Assembly (NCBI RefSeq): GCF_000018305.1
Contig: NC_009954.1
Span: 1,260,001-1,292,000, forward strand
DNA from: Caldivirga maquilingensis IC-167
GTDB taxonomy: Archaea; Thermoproteota; Thermoprotei; Thermoproteales; Thermocladiaceae
Direction: 5' to 3'
DNA: 32,000 nucleotides
How positions within the stretch are numbered: the first letter of the stretch is position 1; every line of letters starts with the position of its first letter. The notes under the pieces were generated by a model. It did not search any database and was not told where the DNA came from. It saw nothing but the letters and a program-made list of their open reading frames with translations. Below are positions 17,583 through 26,797 of the stretch, piece after piece. The translations under genes were made by a program, and so were the position numbers.

Positions 17583-18177
17583 TAATGAACACTAAGGCGA
17601 CCCTTTTTAAACATGAAGTTATAGCCACGTTAATGAAGGAGCCTAACCCATGGTGAATAAACTAATTCACTTTAAATACGCATTAATAGCATTATGGGCT
17701 TCATGGGGTCTTACAGTAAGGCCTTAAAATCACCTGCTTAGTCTATTATCACCCTCAGCGTAGTACTAGATGGCTCAGTAACCTACACTTCAAGTCCAAG
17801 GAACGATTAACCTCCTTAAGCACCTAATCCTGACCTCTTCCCTACTCCTTAGGATGAAGGGATTCCGCCGGAGTCTTGGATATTACCCTTTTATGGAGCA
17901 TCCTTACTTAAGAATCAATTTTTATGCCGGGGTCACCAATCTGAAAACCACTACAGCATAGATTCCAAGTAGGCTGAAGGGGGTGTAAATGGTATTTGAA
18001 GAAGCATGAATAATATGCACCATACTAAGGATTATTGCTATTATTAACATGTTTATGGCTTAATATTAAAGCCTATTTGCTCCATATCCATATTTAAATA
18101 AACTCTCCGCTTCCCTGATTAATTACTAATCATGAAGCTTCCCCAATGGAACACTTTAATACTCATTTAGATTCAAT

Positions 18178-19332
18178 ATGCTGATGCGGGTTTTAATTTA
18201 CTGGTCCATAGGCGGTATTGGCGGTATCCAGAGGATTTACACAATGTTAGCTAAAGCCTTAACAGAGTGTGGGCATTCTGTGACCATATTGACTAATAGG
18301 TCATTGAATCCCCTTGAGGTGACTGAGATGCATGGAGTGCATTTAAGCGGCGTCAACATTATTACTCCCCCACACCTCACTTGCATTAACCCATTGTGTG
18401 ATGTGGTTAATTCAATTATTGGATCCAGTAAGCTTTATGGTTTAGTTAATGATTATGATGCAGTTTACATTGATGACTTGGCTCTAGGTTCATTAACCAT
18501 AAATGAATTAATTAAGCATAGTGGACTCATATTCTACATGCATGGGTTAATTGATAGGGTTAAGATTTACGTACCCTTATCTAAACCCCATAGGATGTTC
18601 ATTAATGCAATAACGGCGCTTAGAAGTAGCTATAGGCTAATTAGGGAGGCTAAGCTACTATTAGCTAATAGTGCATTCACATCATACGTGGCCTATAAGA
18701 CAATTGGCATTAGGCCAAGGGTACTTCACCCACCAGTGGATACTGGGCTTGTGGCGAAGTTCAGGAGTAGCATTAGGGAGAATGCCGTAGTCTCCCTGGG
18801 TAGGCTCGGCGCCGCTAAGGGTCATGAATTCGCCATTAGGCTTATTCAAGGACTTAAGGAGAGGGGGATTGATGCTAAGCTATACATCATGGGTTCAGCC
18901 TCCGATGCAGCCAGTAGACTATATGCGCTTAGGTTAATTAACCTAGCTAAGAGGCTTAATGTACATGATAGGGTTACCTTAATACTTAATTCACCTTTAA
19001 GCAAGGTTTACTCAATACTCGGTAAATCCAAGGTCTTCGTGCAAGCCAAGTGGGGTGAACCCTTCGGCATAGTTGTGGTTGAGGCCATGGCGGCTGGCTC
19101 AGTACCCATAGTACCCAAGTCAGGTGGACCATGGCATGACATAGTGTTTTACGGTAAGTATGGGTATGGTTACAGTAACCTAAGTGAAGCTATTGATGCT
19201 GCTGAGGGCGTATTAACCAGTGATAGTGAATACGGTAAGCTCTCCGAGATAGTAATGAGGAGGGCTGAGGAATTCTCATATAATGTCTTTAAAAATAAGG
19301 TATGCAGATTCCTGGATGAATTAGGTAATTAA
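18178..19332 (+). CDS. glycosyltransferase, GT-B fold, family 4-like
   Basis: C-terminal EPFGIVVVEAMAAGSVPIV (E-x7-E region) and the N-terminal GGIGGIQR loop typical of GT4 enzymes. Confidence 0.85.
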   Translation: MLMRVLIYWSIGGIGGIQRIYTMLAKALTECGHSVTILTNRSLNPLEVTEMHGVHLSGVNIITPPHLTCINPLCDVVNSIIGSSKLYGLVNDYDAVYIDDLALGSLTINELIKHSGLIFYMHGLIDRVKIYVPLSKPHRMFINAITALRSSYRLIREAKLLLANSAFTSYVAYKTIGIRPRVLHPPVDTGLVAKFRSSIRENAVVSLGRLGAAKGHEFAIRLIQGLKERGIDAKLYIMGSASDAASRLYALRLINLAKRLNVHDRVTLILNSPLSKVYSILGKSKVFVQAKWGEPFGIVVVEAMAAGSVPIVPKSGGPWHDIVFYGKYGYGYSNLSEAIDAAEGVLTSDSEYGKLSEIVMRRAEEFSYNVFKNKVCRFLDELGN

Positions 19333-19921
19333 AGTAGGATAATTTCATTACCCTCTAAGTCTCTAGGTTAGTCCCTGCATCAACCTGAGCCTAGGTAATG
19401 TAGATTAATGTGGAAAAACTTAAATAAAAGTGAAGACATAATTTTATTACAATGCTTAGTCCATTTATCCATCATACCAAGGAAAACACCACCAATAGAG
19501 GTGTACCACTTCGTTTCAACACAGTAGAACCGAAACATGTAACATGGGGACTAGGCCTAATAAATGCTAATAAACCATTAATCACCACCTCCAAGAGGCC
19601 TATTCAAACTCCTCCATGTAATCAACCACCTACGCAACAGACAGAGAATGAGGGAGCTTCACAGTTAATGTCATACTATCAACAATTACATCTCCTCCCA
19701 TGTTTAATCGGCATCTCTAATCCACCTCCATCTGGTTACGCACGTAAAGGCAGGACGAGGAAGAATAGAGAGATAATGGAGATTGTGCTGCTTTAATCCT
19801 AATGTTATCTTTTATCTCTTCTTTACTAGTGAAAATTTTGTAGTTTCCTTGTGTAGGCTTATTGTTTGTACCGCGATAGTAAGTAGTTAGCCTTATTAAG
19901 CATCTTCATTAGTCTCAGTGA

Positions 19922-20830
19922 ATGTCCTCAGTAGTCTTATCCATAATTACTAGGAATGGGGCGTTGAAGGGTGATGTATTCAGGTTAATGTTATTATCGA
20001 CGCTTCAAATACCTTATAAGGCAATTATACTTATTGATGATAGTGATAATGATAAGACGCTTAATGTTGTTAAATCATTTGCTAATGAGAATAATAAGGA
20101 GCTTCTTGCATCAAGATCAAACACACATGGTGGTAGGGCCACTAGGGCAATTGGTAGGCAAACAGCCTTTGACTTATTCCTAAGAAACTTCATTGAAGGC
20201 ATGCTTATTCAACTTGATGATGATGTAATACTCATGAATGGGTGGTGGAGTGCTGTTACTGATTCATTATCAGATGAAAGGATTGGATTATACTATGGTT
20301 TAACATATGATGTAAATGACTTAAACTCACTAAGCACCAGTAACGTTAACATACAGGCAGTGTTGATTAATGCATTGGAGAGGGGTAGGACTAATGACTT
20401 CGCCATTAGAAGAGACGCCTTAAGCGCAATTGAAGGCAGGTTCGGTGCAATACCCCCTGAATTGCATCTCTACGAGGATGCATGGATTTGGAGGGCTATT
20501 CAGTGCGCTGGTTACGGTATAGTAATAGGCTTAATTGGGGCCTTCCAGCATGATCCAGTGAAGCTGAGTGGACTTGGTGACATCAACGTCGACATAAAGT
20601 ACCTTAAATTAGCTTCAAGATACGGCATAGTCCAATCAGTAAATCCCTTAAATGATTCACTTAGATTACTAGCACCACTACTAAGGTTACCTAGCATGGT
20701 GGCTAAATATGGTTTAACCAGGGGCGTTAAGGAGACGTGGTTCAGAATACTCTACAGGTATGCGAAAATAAAGGGAACCTTAACATTCAACTGTAGTAAA
20801 CTTAATTCAAGGGGATTAAAAATCCCTTAA
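19922..20830 (+). CDS. glycosyltransferase family 2-like
   Basis: N-terminal LSIITRNG...IILIDDSDNDKT and a DxD-type QLDDDV motif, as in GT-A/GT2 enzymes. Confidence 0.72.
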   Translation: MSSVVLSIITRNGALKGDVFRLMLLSTLQIPYKAIILIDDSDNDKTLNVVKSFANENNKELLASRSNTHGGRATRAIGRQTAFDLFLRNFIEGMLIQLDDDVILMNGWWSAVTDSLSDERIGLYYGLTYDVNDLNSLSTSNVNIQAVLINALERGRTNDFAIRRDALSAIEGRFGAIPPELHLYEDAWIWRAIQCAGYGIVIGLIGAFQHDPVKLSGLGDINVDIKYLKLASRYGIVQSVNPLNDSLRLLAPLLRLPSMVAKYGLTRGVKETWFRILYRYAKIKGTLTFNCSKLNSRGLKIP

Positions 20831-21039
20831 ACTCTAGGGATTCCTGCCTCTTAATCTTAAGCATAGGTTCACTTAGATAGAGTTAATTCGATAATACATG
20901 TAAATAGGTTCCATTGAGCTAGAGCATTGTCATCATGGAGGCTACCTGGTTGCTGTAATTCTAGTTGCATTTGATACAATGGGATATGTGGATTAGGGTT
21001 ATTAACTTAGCTTATGAATGGATATGTTCCTTGTAGCAG

Positions 21040-22425
21040 TCACTTATAGTGCTTCTTCATATCCTCGTTAAACGGTAGGTTCAGTATTTCATCAATAACC
21101 TCCCTCGCCTGTTCAGTGCTCTTGGTCCTTGGGTCGAACATCAATGCTTCAATAAGTAACTCCTTGCTACCAGCTAAGTAGGCTTCAAGTGCCCTCTCAG
21201 TGACGGCTATTCTAGGGTACCATACGTATGAGTACATTTTATTTGGTACATTCTCAATGGCCTCAGGCCTAATTACCTCACCCTTAACGTACACCGGCGC
21301 CTCAACTATGGCGTCGCTTGGTAGTCTAGGTAATACGCCATTATTGGGTATGTTTAGTATCATTCTCCTCTCAACGTTATTAACAACACTATCTATGAAA
21401 TCAATAATCTGCTCACCACTCTTAACCGGTGGATAAGCCTCAGTGGCCTTAATGCTTGGGTTGAATGCAGCATTCTCCAACTTAGCCTCAGCCTCCTGAT
21501 TCCTAAGCATCCTAATCCCCCACCCTACCTCAGAATCAACACCACCAATGGGTCCATACCAATATATCTTGGTTTTAAGATCCCTATGGTACTTCCACGT
21601 CCCACTCCTAGCCGTGTCACCAAGTGGGTATAGGCCGTAGAGTCTATACATGTCCACAGCAGCCCTACTCAAGGTCTCTTCCCATGGGCCAGGCACGTAA
21701 CTAGCCCAGAATTCCTCAGCCTTCTTCTCAATCCACTCATCAATCAAGTGGTAGGCGTCTTCACCATTATACTTAAACCTAGTTAGAAACACCACGTGAT
21801 TTAAGCCAACCGCCTGCCACTCAATCCTCCTCATATCAAGTTTCAACGCCTTCTCAACCAATAATCTAACACCGCCGGGCGCTCCATGGCAGTAACCAAT
21901 AATTTTAAGCTTAGGATACTGCCTATGTACTAAAGTTGTTGTTTCGAGAACTGGGTTGGAGACTTGAATTAACCAAGCATCCCTATTAATCTCATCCATT
22001 ATGCCTGCTATTTTCAACGCCACATTATACTGCTTAAACCCGGTTAATGATGGGTAGCAGCACACCATATTCCACTCAGTTGCATCAATACCCCTATAGT
22101 ACCCATGCCTCTCAGCAGCCTCAACCTGAATGCCCCAGTGATCGTAACCTATTGCGAAGGCTAGGTTAATTACGAAGGAGGCGCCTTCAATACAAGCCTT
22201 AGTATCAGTGGTTCTTTCTAGATTAATGGGTACCTTAAGTTCATCGAAATACTTCCTGGCCAGCATGTAGCTTCTAGCTAATCTATGTTCATCAATATCC
22301 ATTAGGGTTAGTGTGATTCCATGAATACTCTTTGTTAATGCAATATCCCTAAGTATACTTGCTATAAACGTATGACTGCCTCCACCTATTATACAAATCT
22401 TTATGTTCTTAATTTGTTCGCTCAT
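21040..22425 (-). CDS. glycoside hydrolase family 4 (NAD+/Mn2+-dependent alpha-glucosidase/galactosidase-type)
   Basis: KICIIGGGSHTF Rossmann start, QVSNPV, IGYCHG and VGLNHVVF motifs of GH4. The start is set at MSEQIKN (22425). The 30-codon upstream extension in the ORF track covers a TATA-like CTTATTTAAG box. Confidence 0.85.
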   Translation of the reverse strand: MSEQIKNIKICIIGGGSHTFIASILRDIALTKSIHGITLTLMDIDEHRLARSYMLARKYFDELKVPINLERTTDTKACIEGASFVINLAFAIGYDHWGIQVEAAERHGYYRGIDATEWNMVCCYPSLTGFKQYNVALKIAGIMDEINRDAWLIQVSNPVLETTTLVHRQYPKLKIIGYCHGAPGGVRLLVEKALKLDMRRIEWQAVGLNHVVFLTRFKYNGEDAYHLIDEWIEKKAEEFWASYVPGPWEETLSRAAVDMYRLYGLYPLGDTARSGTWKYHRDLKTKIYWYGPIGGVDSEVGWGIRMLRNQEAEAKLENAAFNPSIKATEAYPPVKSGEQIIDFIDSVVNNVERRMILNIPNNGVLPRLPSDAIVEAPVYVKGEVIRPEAIENVPNKMYSYVWYPRIAVTERALEAYLAGSKELLIEALMFDPRTKSTEQAREVIDEILNLPFNEDMKKHYK

Positions 22426-22671
22426 AGTTACTGCGTTACAGGTGCCCTTAAATAAGCATGTAGTAGAACACTTACGATACTGAACATGTTTAAGGATAAT
22501 AATATTGATATGCATTAAAATGAGTAAACCTGGGGTTAGATGTAATATAACTATAAGTGAAGGTTATTCATTGAGTTATGGTTTATTGGCTCATCTGAGT
22601 TGAGTATTACTTAGTGTTTTTATAATGGGGATGAGGGTTAATGCGCCTAGACATAATACTGGTAGCCTTAA

Positions 22672-23550
22672 TTACTCAATGTGCCTCTCCAGCCAGCTTA
22701 ATGCTAATTCAATCCACTTAGCCACAGGGGGATTAACATGCTGGGGATTTGAGGCAGTGGTTTTATCAGCCAGTGAGAGTCCGTGAACTCCCTTTTCAAA
22801 GACGTGGAATTCAAAGGGCACCTTATTTCTGGCTAATGCGTTAACGTAACTTATTATGCTCTCCACGGGAACTACATCATCATCCGCAGTAGTCCATATG
22901 AATGTTGGGGGAGTATTCTCATCAACATGGTATGTTGCGCTTAATTCCCTTAAATCATCCTCAGTGAATTTACCTGAGCCTAAGGCTAGAGACATCATTT
23001 TAAATAACACCCCCGCGGCTGGGGTGTTTCTATTATTCTTAGTTACCTCATTCATTACCGCGAAGTCCACAACAGGGTAGGCCAGTATTACCGCTGATGG
23101 TTTAAGGGTATCCTTAGGGGCATTAACCAGCTTACTTAACCAATCCCTATGCCAATTAACACTGTATAAAGCCGCCACGGTTCCTCCAGCTGAGAATCCT
23201 ATTATTGCAATCCTACCGGGGTCTATATTCCACTTATCCGCATTACGCCTAATGCTCACCACGGCGTTGGCTAATTCAATAACCACGTCAGGGTACACTT
23301 TGCTAACACCCATGCTTTCAGTGGAGTACCTTAATACGAAGGCGTGGTAACCCCTTGAAAGGAATATTGAGGCCACGGGTTCAGCTTCCCTATCAGATGT
23401 GCGTACGAATCCTCCCCCAGGGCAAATAATGATTGCCGGTCTCCTTCCCCAAGATATTTCAGGGGATGTATCAAGGATGTATGATGTTAATGTAACTGGT
23501 CTATCATCCCTAAGCCTAATAACCTCAATTCTCATAGTGCGCTTAACCAC
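22672..23550 (-). CDS. alpha/beta-hydrolase esterase (acetyl-esterase/lipase type)
   Basis: Oxyanion PGGGF, nucleophile elbow GFSAGG, and downstream DDDVVP and GVHGLS as likely Asp/His of the triad. Confidence 0.8.
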   Translation of the reverse strand: MVKRTMRIEVIRLRDDRPVTLTSYILDTSPEISWGRRPAIIICPGGGFVRTSDREAEPVASIFLSRGYHAFVLRYSTESMGVSKVYPDVVIELANAVVSIRRNADKWNIDPGRIAIIGFSAGGTVAALYSVNWHRDWLSKLVNAPKDTLKPSAVILAYPVVDFAVMNEVTKNNRNTPAAGVLFKMMSLALGSGKFTEDDLRELSATYHVDENTPPTFIWTTADDDVVPVESIISYVNALARNKVPFEFHVFEKGVHGLSLADKTTASNPQHVNPPVAKWIELALSWLERHIE

Positions 23551-23664
23551 GGTTCACTTATAAGTATTGTATTTATTCAGGTTAAGGCATTTGTAAGTTA
23601 AGTCACCTTATAGGGTTAATTAATAACATGATTTAAGTTAATTCAATCACATTCAGTGAATAAT

Positions 23665-26565
23665 CTATTGGGTTACATCTATGGTTACTGACTTCTCCCC
23701 CTCGGGCACTGCCACTGAAACCACCTGCTTCCCTGCCTCATGTAGCTTCACCGTGAAGTTCACTATCCTCTCCTCACCTGGATCCAAGTACACTCTATGC
23801 TCCTCAATCACCCTACCATTAACCTTAAGCGTAATGGGTACTAGGTCACCTACTTTACCTTCATTTCTTAACGTGGCCTTAACCCTAATTGATTCACCAG
23901 CCTTAACATTGACCTTATCAGCATTAACACTCGTCACGCTCACAATACCCTTAACCAGTTGAGTTAACTTGAATTCACCCATTAGCCTAATGTCCATTGA
24001 TGATGAACCAACAAGGACCTGGTATGCTCCAGGCTCCACAATACGCCTGAACCCTGCATCATACATTGCTAAGTCATCTAAGGTTAACTTGAATTCAACT
24101 ACAGTCTTCTCACCGGGCTTAAGCGTTATTCTCCTAAAGCCCTTAAGCATCATTAATGGTCTAGCTATACTTGAGTACCTATCCCTAACGTATAGTTGAA
24201 CAACTTCATCACCCTCATACTTACCTATATTCTCAACGTTAAGTGATACTGAAACCACTCCATCATCCTCATTAACGCTCACCTTGAGGTCACTGTACTT
24301 GAATTGAGTGTAGCTTAGCCCGTGTCCGAACGGGAATAGTGGTGTTGGAGGCATGTTAACGTAATCATAAACCCTACCACTGGGCTTAGTGAAGTAGTAT
24401 AATGGTTCCTGGCCCTCGTGAATAGGCCAGGTTAAAGGTAATTTACCACCCGGGTTATATTCACCTAAAAGCACTTGGGCAATAGCCTCCCCGCCCATTT
24501 CACCAGGGTACCAGGCCTCAACCAGGGCTGGGACATTATTAATCCATTCACCGACGACTGGGCTTCCAGTGGTTAAAACCACTGCAACGTTCTTATTAAC
24601 CTTAAGCACCTCCTCAATAAGCCTCTCCTGGCACTTGGGTAACCTTAATGATGCCCTATCCCTCTGTTCACCCTCAATAATGCCTGCAAACACAACCACT
24701 GCATCAGCCTTCGAAGCGGCGTCAACAGCCTCCTTAATCATTGAGTCCTCGATTAAATCCCAGCCAAGCTTAATGTAGGCGTAACCGTAGTTCAACCTAC
24801 CGTACTCAAGCCTAATCTCATACTGCCTCCCACCCTCAAGCCTAATTGAACCACTCTTAGGTGAATTACTGGCCACACCCCATGAATCCACAATTGTCTT
24901 ACCATCAACAGTAAGCCTAAATCCACCGCCAGCGGCGTAAACCTTAAACTCATACGTGCCTGATACGGGTGGGGTAATGTAACCAATCCACCTAATGGAG
25001 TATCTTCCTGGGTCAAGGCCCTGGTATGGTGGGTCGTAGCCTATGTCAAGTCTGAAGAATCCCTCCCACGGTGCATCAATCCTAACGCCAATAGGCTCAC
25101 CCTCAAGGTTAGGGTTATTGAAGTACTCACCCCTCAAGCCGTGTCTATTAGGCTCACCCATTGGTGTAAGGTACCTTGTTGGTATTGGGTGGTCAGCATC
25201 CATATCCCCTATGCATCCCTTAGCGTGAATCACATTAATGCCCCTGGCCTTAAAGGCTTCAAGGGGTGTTATTACACTCTTAGGTATTGCACTATAGCCA
25301 CCTAACTTAACCTCATCCGCGAAGGGGCCTATTAGGGCTATTGCCTTAACCCTAGACTTATCAATAGGCAGTACACCATCATTCTTAAGCAGTACAATAG
25401 CCTTCTCAGCGGCCTCAAGGGCTAACCGCCTATGCTCCTCTGAGCCAATAACCTTAGCTTCCTCGGGGTCAACGTAAGGTGAGTCGAATAGGCCTATTAG
25501 GAATTTAGCCCTCAAAACCCTCCTAACAGCCTCATTAAGCGCCTCCTCGCTAATCAACCCCCTCCTAATAGCCCTAACCAGTGGTTCACCGTATATTGAG
25601 AATCCTGGGAATTCAACATCTAGGCCAGCCTCAAGGGCTAGTTTAGCAACCTCCTCCGGGTTATCGGTTATGTAGTGCCTATTAACTATACCGGTGACTG
25701 AACCGTAGTCAGACACCACGAAGCCCTCGAACCCCAATTCCCATCTAAGTACCTCCGTTAGCCAGTACTTGTTCATTGAGCATGGTACCCCGTCTATGGA
25801 GTTGTAGGCAGCCATTAATGATAATGCCCCAGCCTTAATGGCCGCTCTGAAAACCGGTAACTCAGTCTCCCTAATGAACCTCTCACTCATGTGTATTTCA
25901 GCGCTGTCCCTACCACCATCACCAACGAAGTTCATTATGTAGTGCTTAGGGGTAGCCACAATACCCTCCTCCCTAAGCGCCTTAACGTAGGCGTAGGCTA
26001 ACTGTGAGGCTAAGTAGGGGTCTTCACCATAAGTCTCCTCAGTCCTACCAGCCCTAGCATCGAAGGTTAGGTTAACCACGGGTGATAGGCATTGCCTAAT
26101 ACCCCTGGCCCTAGTCTCCCTTGCAATAGCCTTAGCAACCCTATACATTAAGTCCACGTCCCAGGCCGCAGCCAGCGCTATGGCTTGGGGGAAGACTGTT
26201 GAGTGCTTAGCCATGCATCCGTGGAGGCACTCATCGTGAATAATAGCCGGTACACCAAGCCTAGTGTCCTCAAGGAACCTCCTCTGAATATCATTAGCCT
26301 TAACAGCACCCTCAGTCGGTTCAGTACCCCTAAGGACCACTGATAAGTTACCTACATCCAACCTATCAGTTAGATCCGACCTTAATTGAGCCACCTTCTC
26401 CTCAAGACTCATCCTCCTCAAGAGATCCTCAACCCTCTCATCAATAGGCCTACTGGGGTCCTCGAAGGGGGCCATTAAACCATCCTTATCATGATCAATC
26501 CACCCACCATGGTAAATATCGCTTCTTTTAACACCACTGGGTATGAAGTCACTTGACTTAGACAT
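23665..26565 (-). CDS. glycoside hydrolase family 3 beta-glucosidase/xylosidase with PA14 insert, Fn3-like domain and C-terminal CARDB-like domain
   Basis: GH3 blocks (FDARAGRTEETYGEDPYL; nucleophile region GFVVSDYG), a PA14-type GLRGEYFNNPNLEGEP insert, FPFGHGLSYTQFKY, and a C-terminal RNEGKVGD...VNGRVI...LDPGEERIVNFTV module. Confidence 0.92.
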   Translation of the reverse strand: MSKSSDFIPSGVKRSDIYHGGWIDHDKDGLMAPFEDPSRPIDERVEDLLRRMSLEEKVAQLRSDLTDRLDVGNLSVVLRGTEPTEGAVKANDIQRRFLEDTRLGVPAIIHDECLHGCMAKHSTVFPQAIALAAAWDVDLMYRVAKAIARETRARGIRQCLSPVVNLTFDARAGRTEETYGEDPYLASQLAYAYVKALREEGIVATPKHYIMNFVGDGGRDSAEIHMSERFIRETELPVFRAAIKAGALSLMAAYNSIDGVPCSMNKYWLTEVLRWELGFEGFVVSDYGSVTGIVNRHYITDNPEEVAKLALEAGLDVEFPGFSIYGEPLVRAIRRGLISEEALNEAVRRVLRAKFLIGLFDSPYVDPEEAKVIGSEEHRRLALEAAEKAIVLLKNDGVLPIDKSRVKAIALIGPFADEVKLGGYSAIPKSVITPLEAFKARGINVIHAKGCIGDMDADHPIPTRYLTPMGEPNRHGLRGEYFNNPNLEGEPIGVRIDAPWEGFFRLDIGYDPPYQGLDPGRYSIRWIGYITPPVSGTYEFKVYAAGGGFRLTVDGKTIVDSWGVASNSPKSGSIRLEGGRQYEIRLEYGRLNYGYAYIKLGWDLIEDSMIKEAVDAASKADAVVVFAGIIEGEQRDRASLRLPKCQERLIEEVLKVNKNVAVVLTTGSPVVGEWINNVPALVEAWYPGEMGGEAIAQVLLGEYNPGGKLPLTWPIHEGQEPLYYFTKPSGRVYDYVNMPPTPLFPFGHGLSYTQFKYSDLKVSVNEDDGVVSVSLNVENIGKYEGDEVVQLYVRDRYSSIARPLMMLKGFRRITLKPGEKTVVEFKLTLDDLAMYDAGFRRIVEPGAYQVLVGSSSMDIRLMGEFKLTQLVKGIVSVTSVNADKVNVKAGESIRVKATLRNEGKVGDLVPITLKVNGRVIEEHRVYLDPGEERIVNFTVKLHEAGKQVVSVAVPEGEKSVTIDVTQ

Positions 26566-26797
26566 AGTTAAGTCATTAAGTTAGATAACCCTAGTTTTTA
26601 AGTAATACGTGTTATGAATAAGTAAGGGTTAATAGTAATTCCTCAGCCTCAATAATGGAAGAGTTTAAAACACTGTTAAGTGCGTTAATTGCCATGAAGC
26701 TACGGATGCTGCTGGCGCGCATAATGATTAGGTACTACTGCGCGTACGCATCATTACTGCGTATTCAAGTAAGGGAGGGTAGGCGTAGGAAGAGGAG

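Noticed and set aside
17848-17945. AGGATGA (near box C) with an AGGATG/CATCCT inverted repeat and a CTGA about 90 nt downstream
   Set aside because: The C-like box has a mismatch, there are no internal D'/C' boxes, and the C-to-D distance is far too long for an archaeal C/D sRNA.
19452-19796. 114-aa plus-strand ORF between the glycosyltransferase genes
   Set aside because: The P/T/N/Q-rich product has no motif. The base composition is typical of the antisense of a minus-strand gene, and there is no TATA box at a sensible distance. I treat it as part of a decayed region rather than a gene.
20914-20936. Perfect box-C-like ATGATGA on the minus strand (20936 to 20930)
   Set aside because: No CTGA box D' or D follows at 10-13 nt or at 45-55 nt on the minus strand. 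The sequence at the expected D' position reads TCAA/CTCA, so this is not a C/D sRNA.
22426-22515. 30-codon N-terminal extension of the GH4 ORF (MHINIIILKHVQYRKCSTTCLFKGTCNAVT)
   Set aside because: GH4 enzymes begin at the Rossmann fold (KIxxIGxGS), which here directly follows the internal Met at 22425. The extension overlaps a TATA-like box and has non-genic composition.
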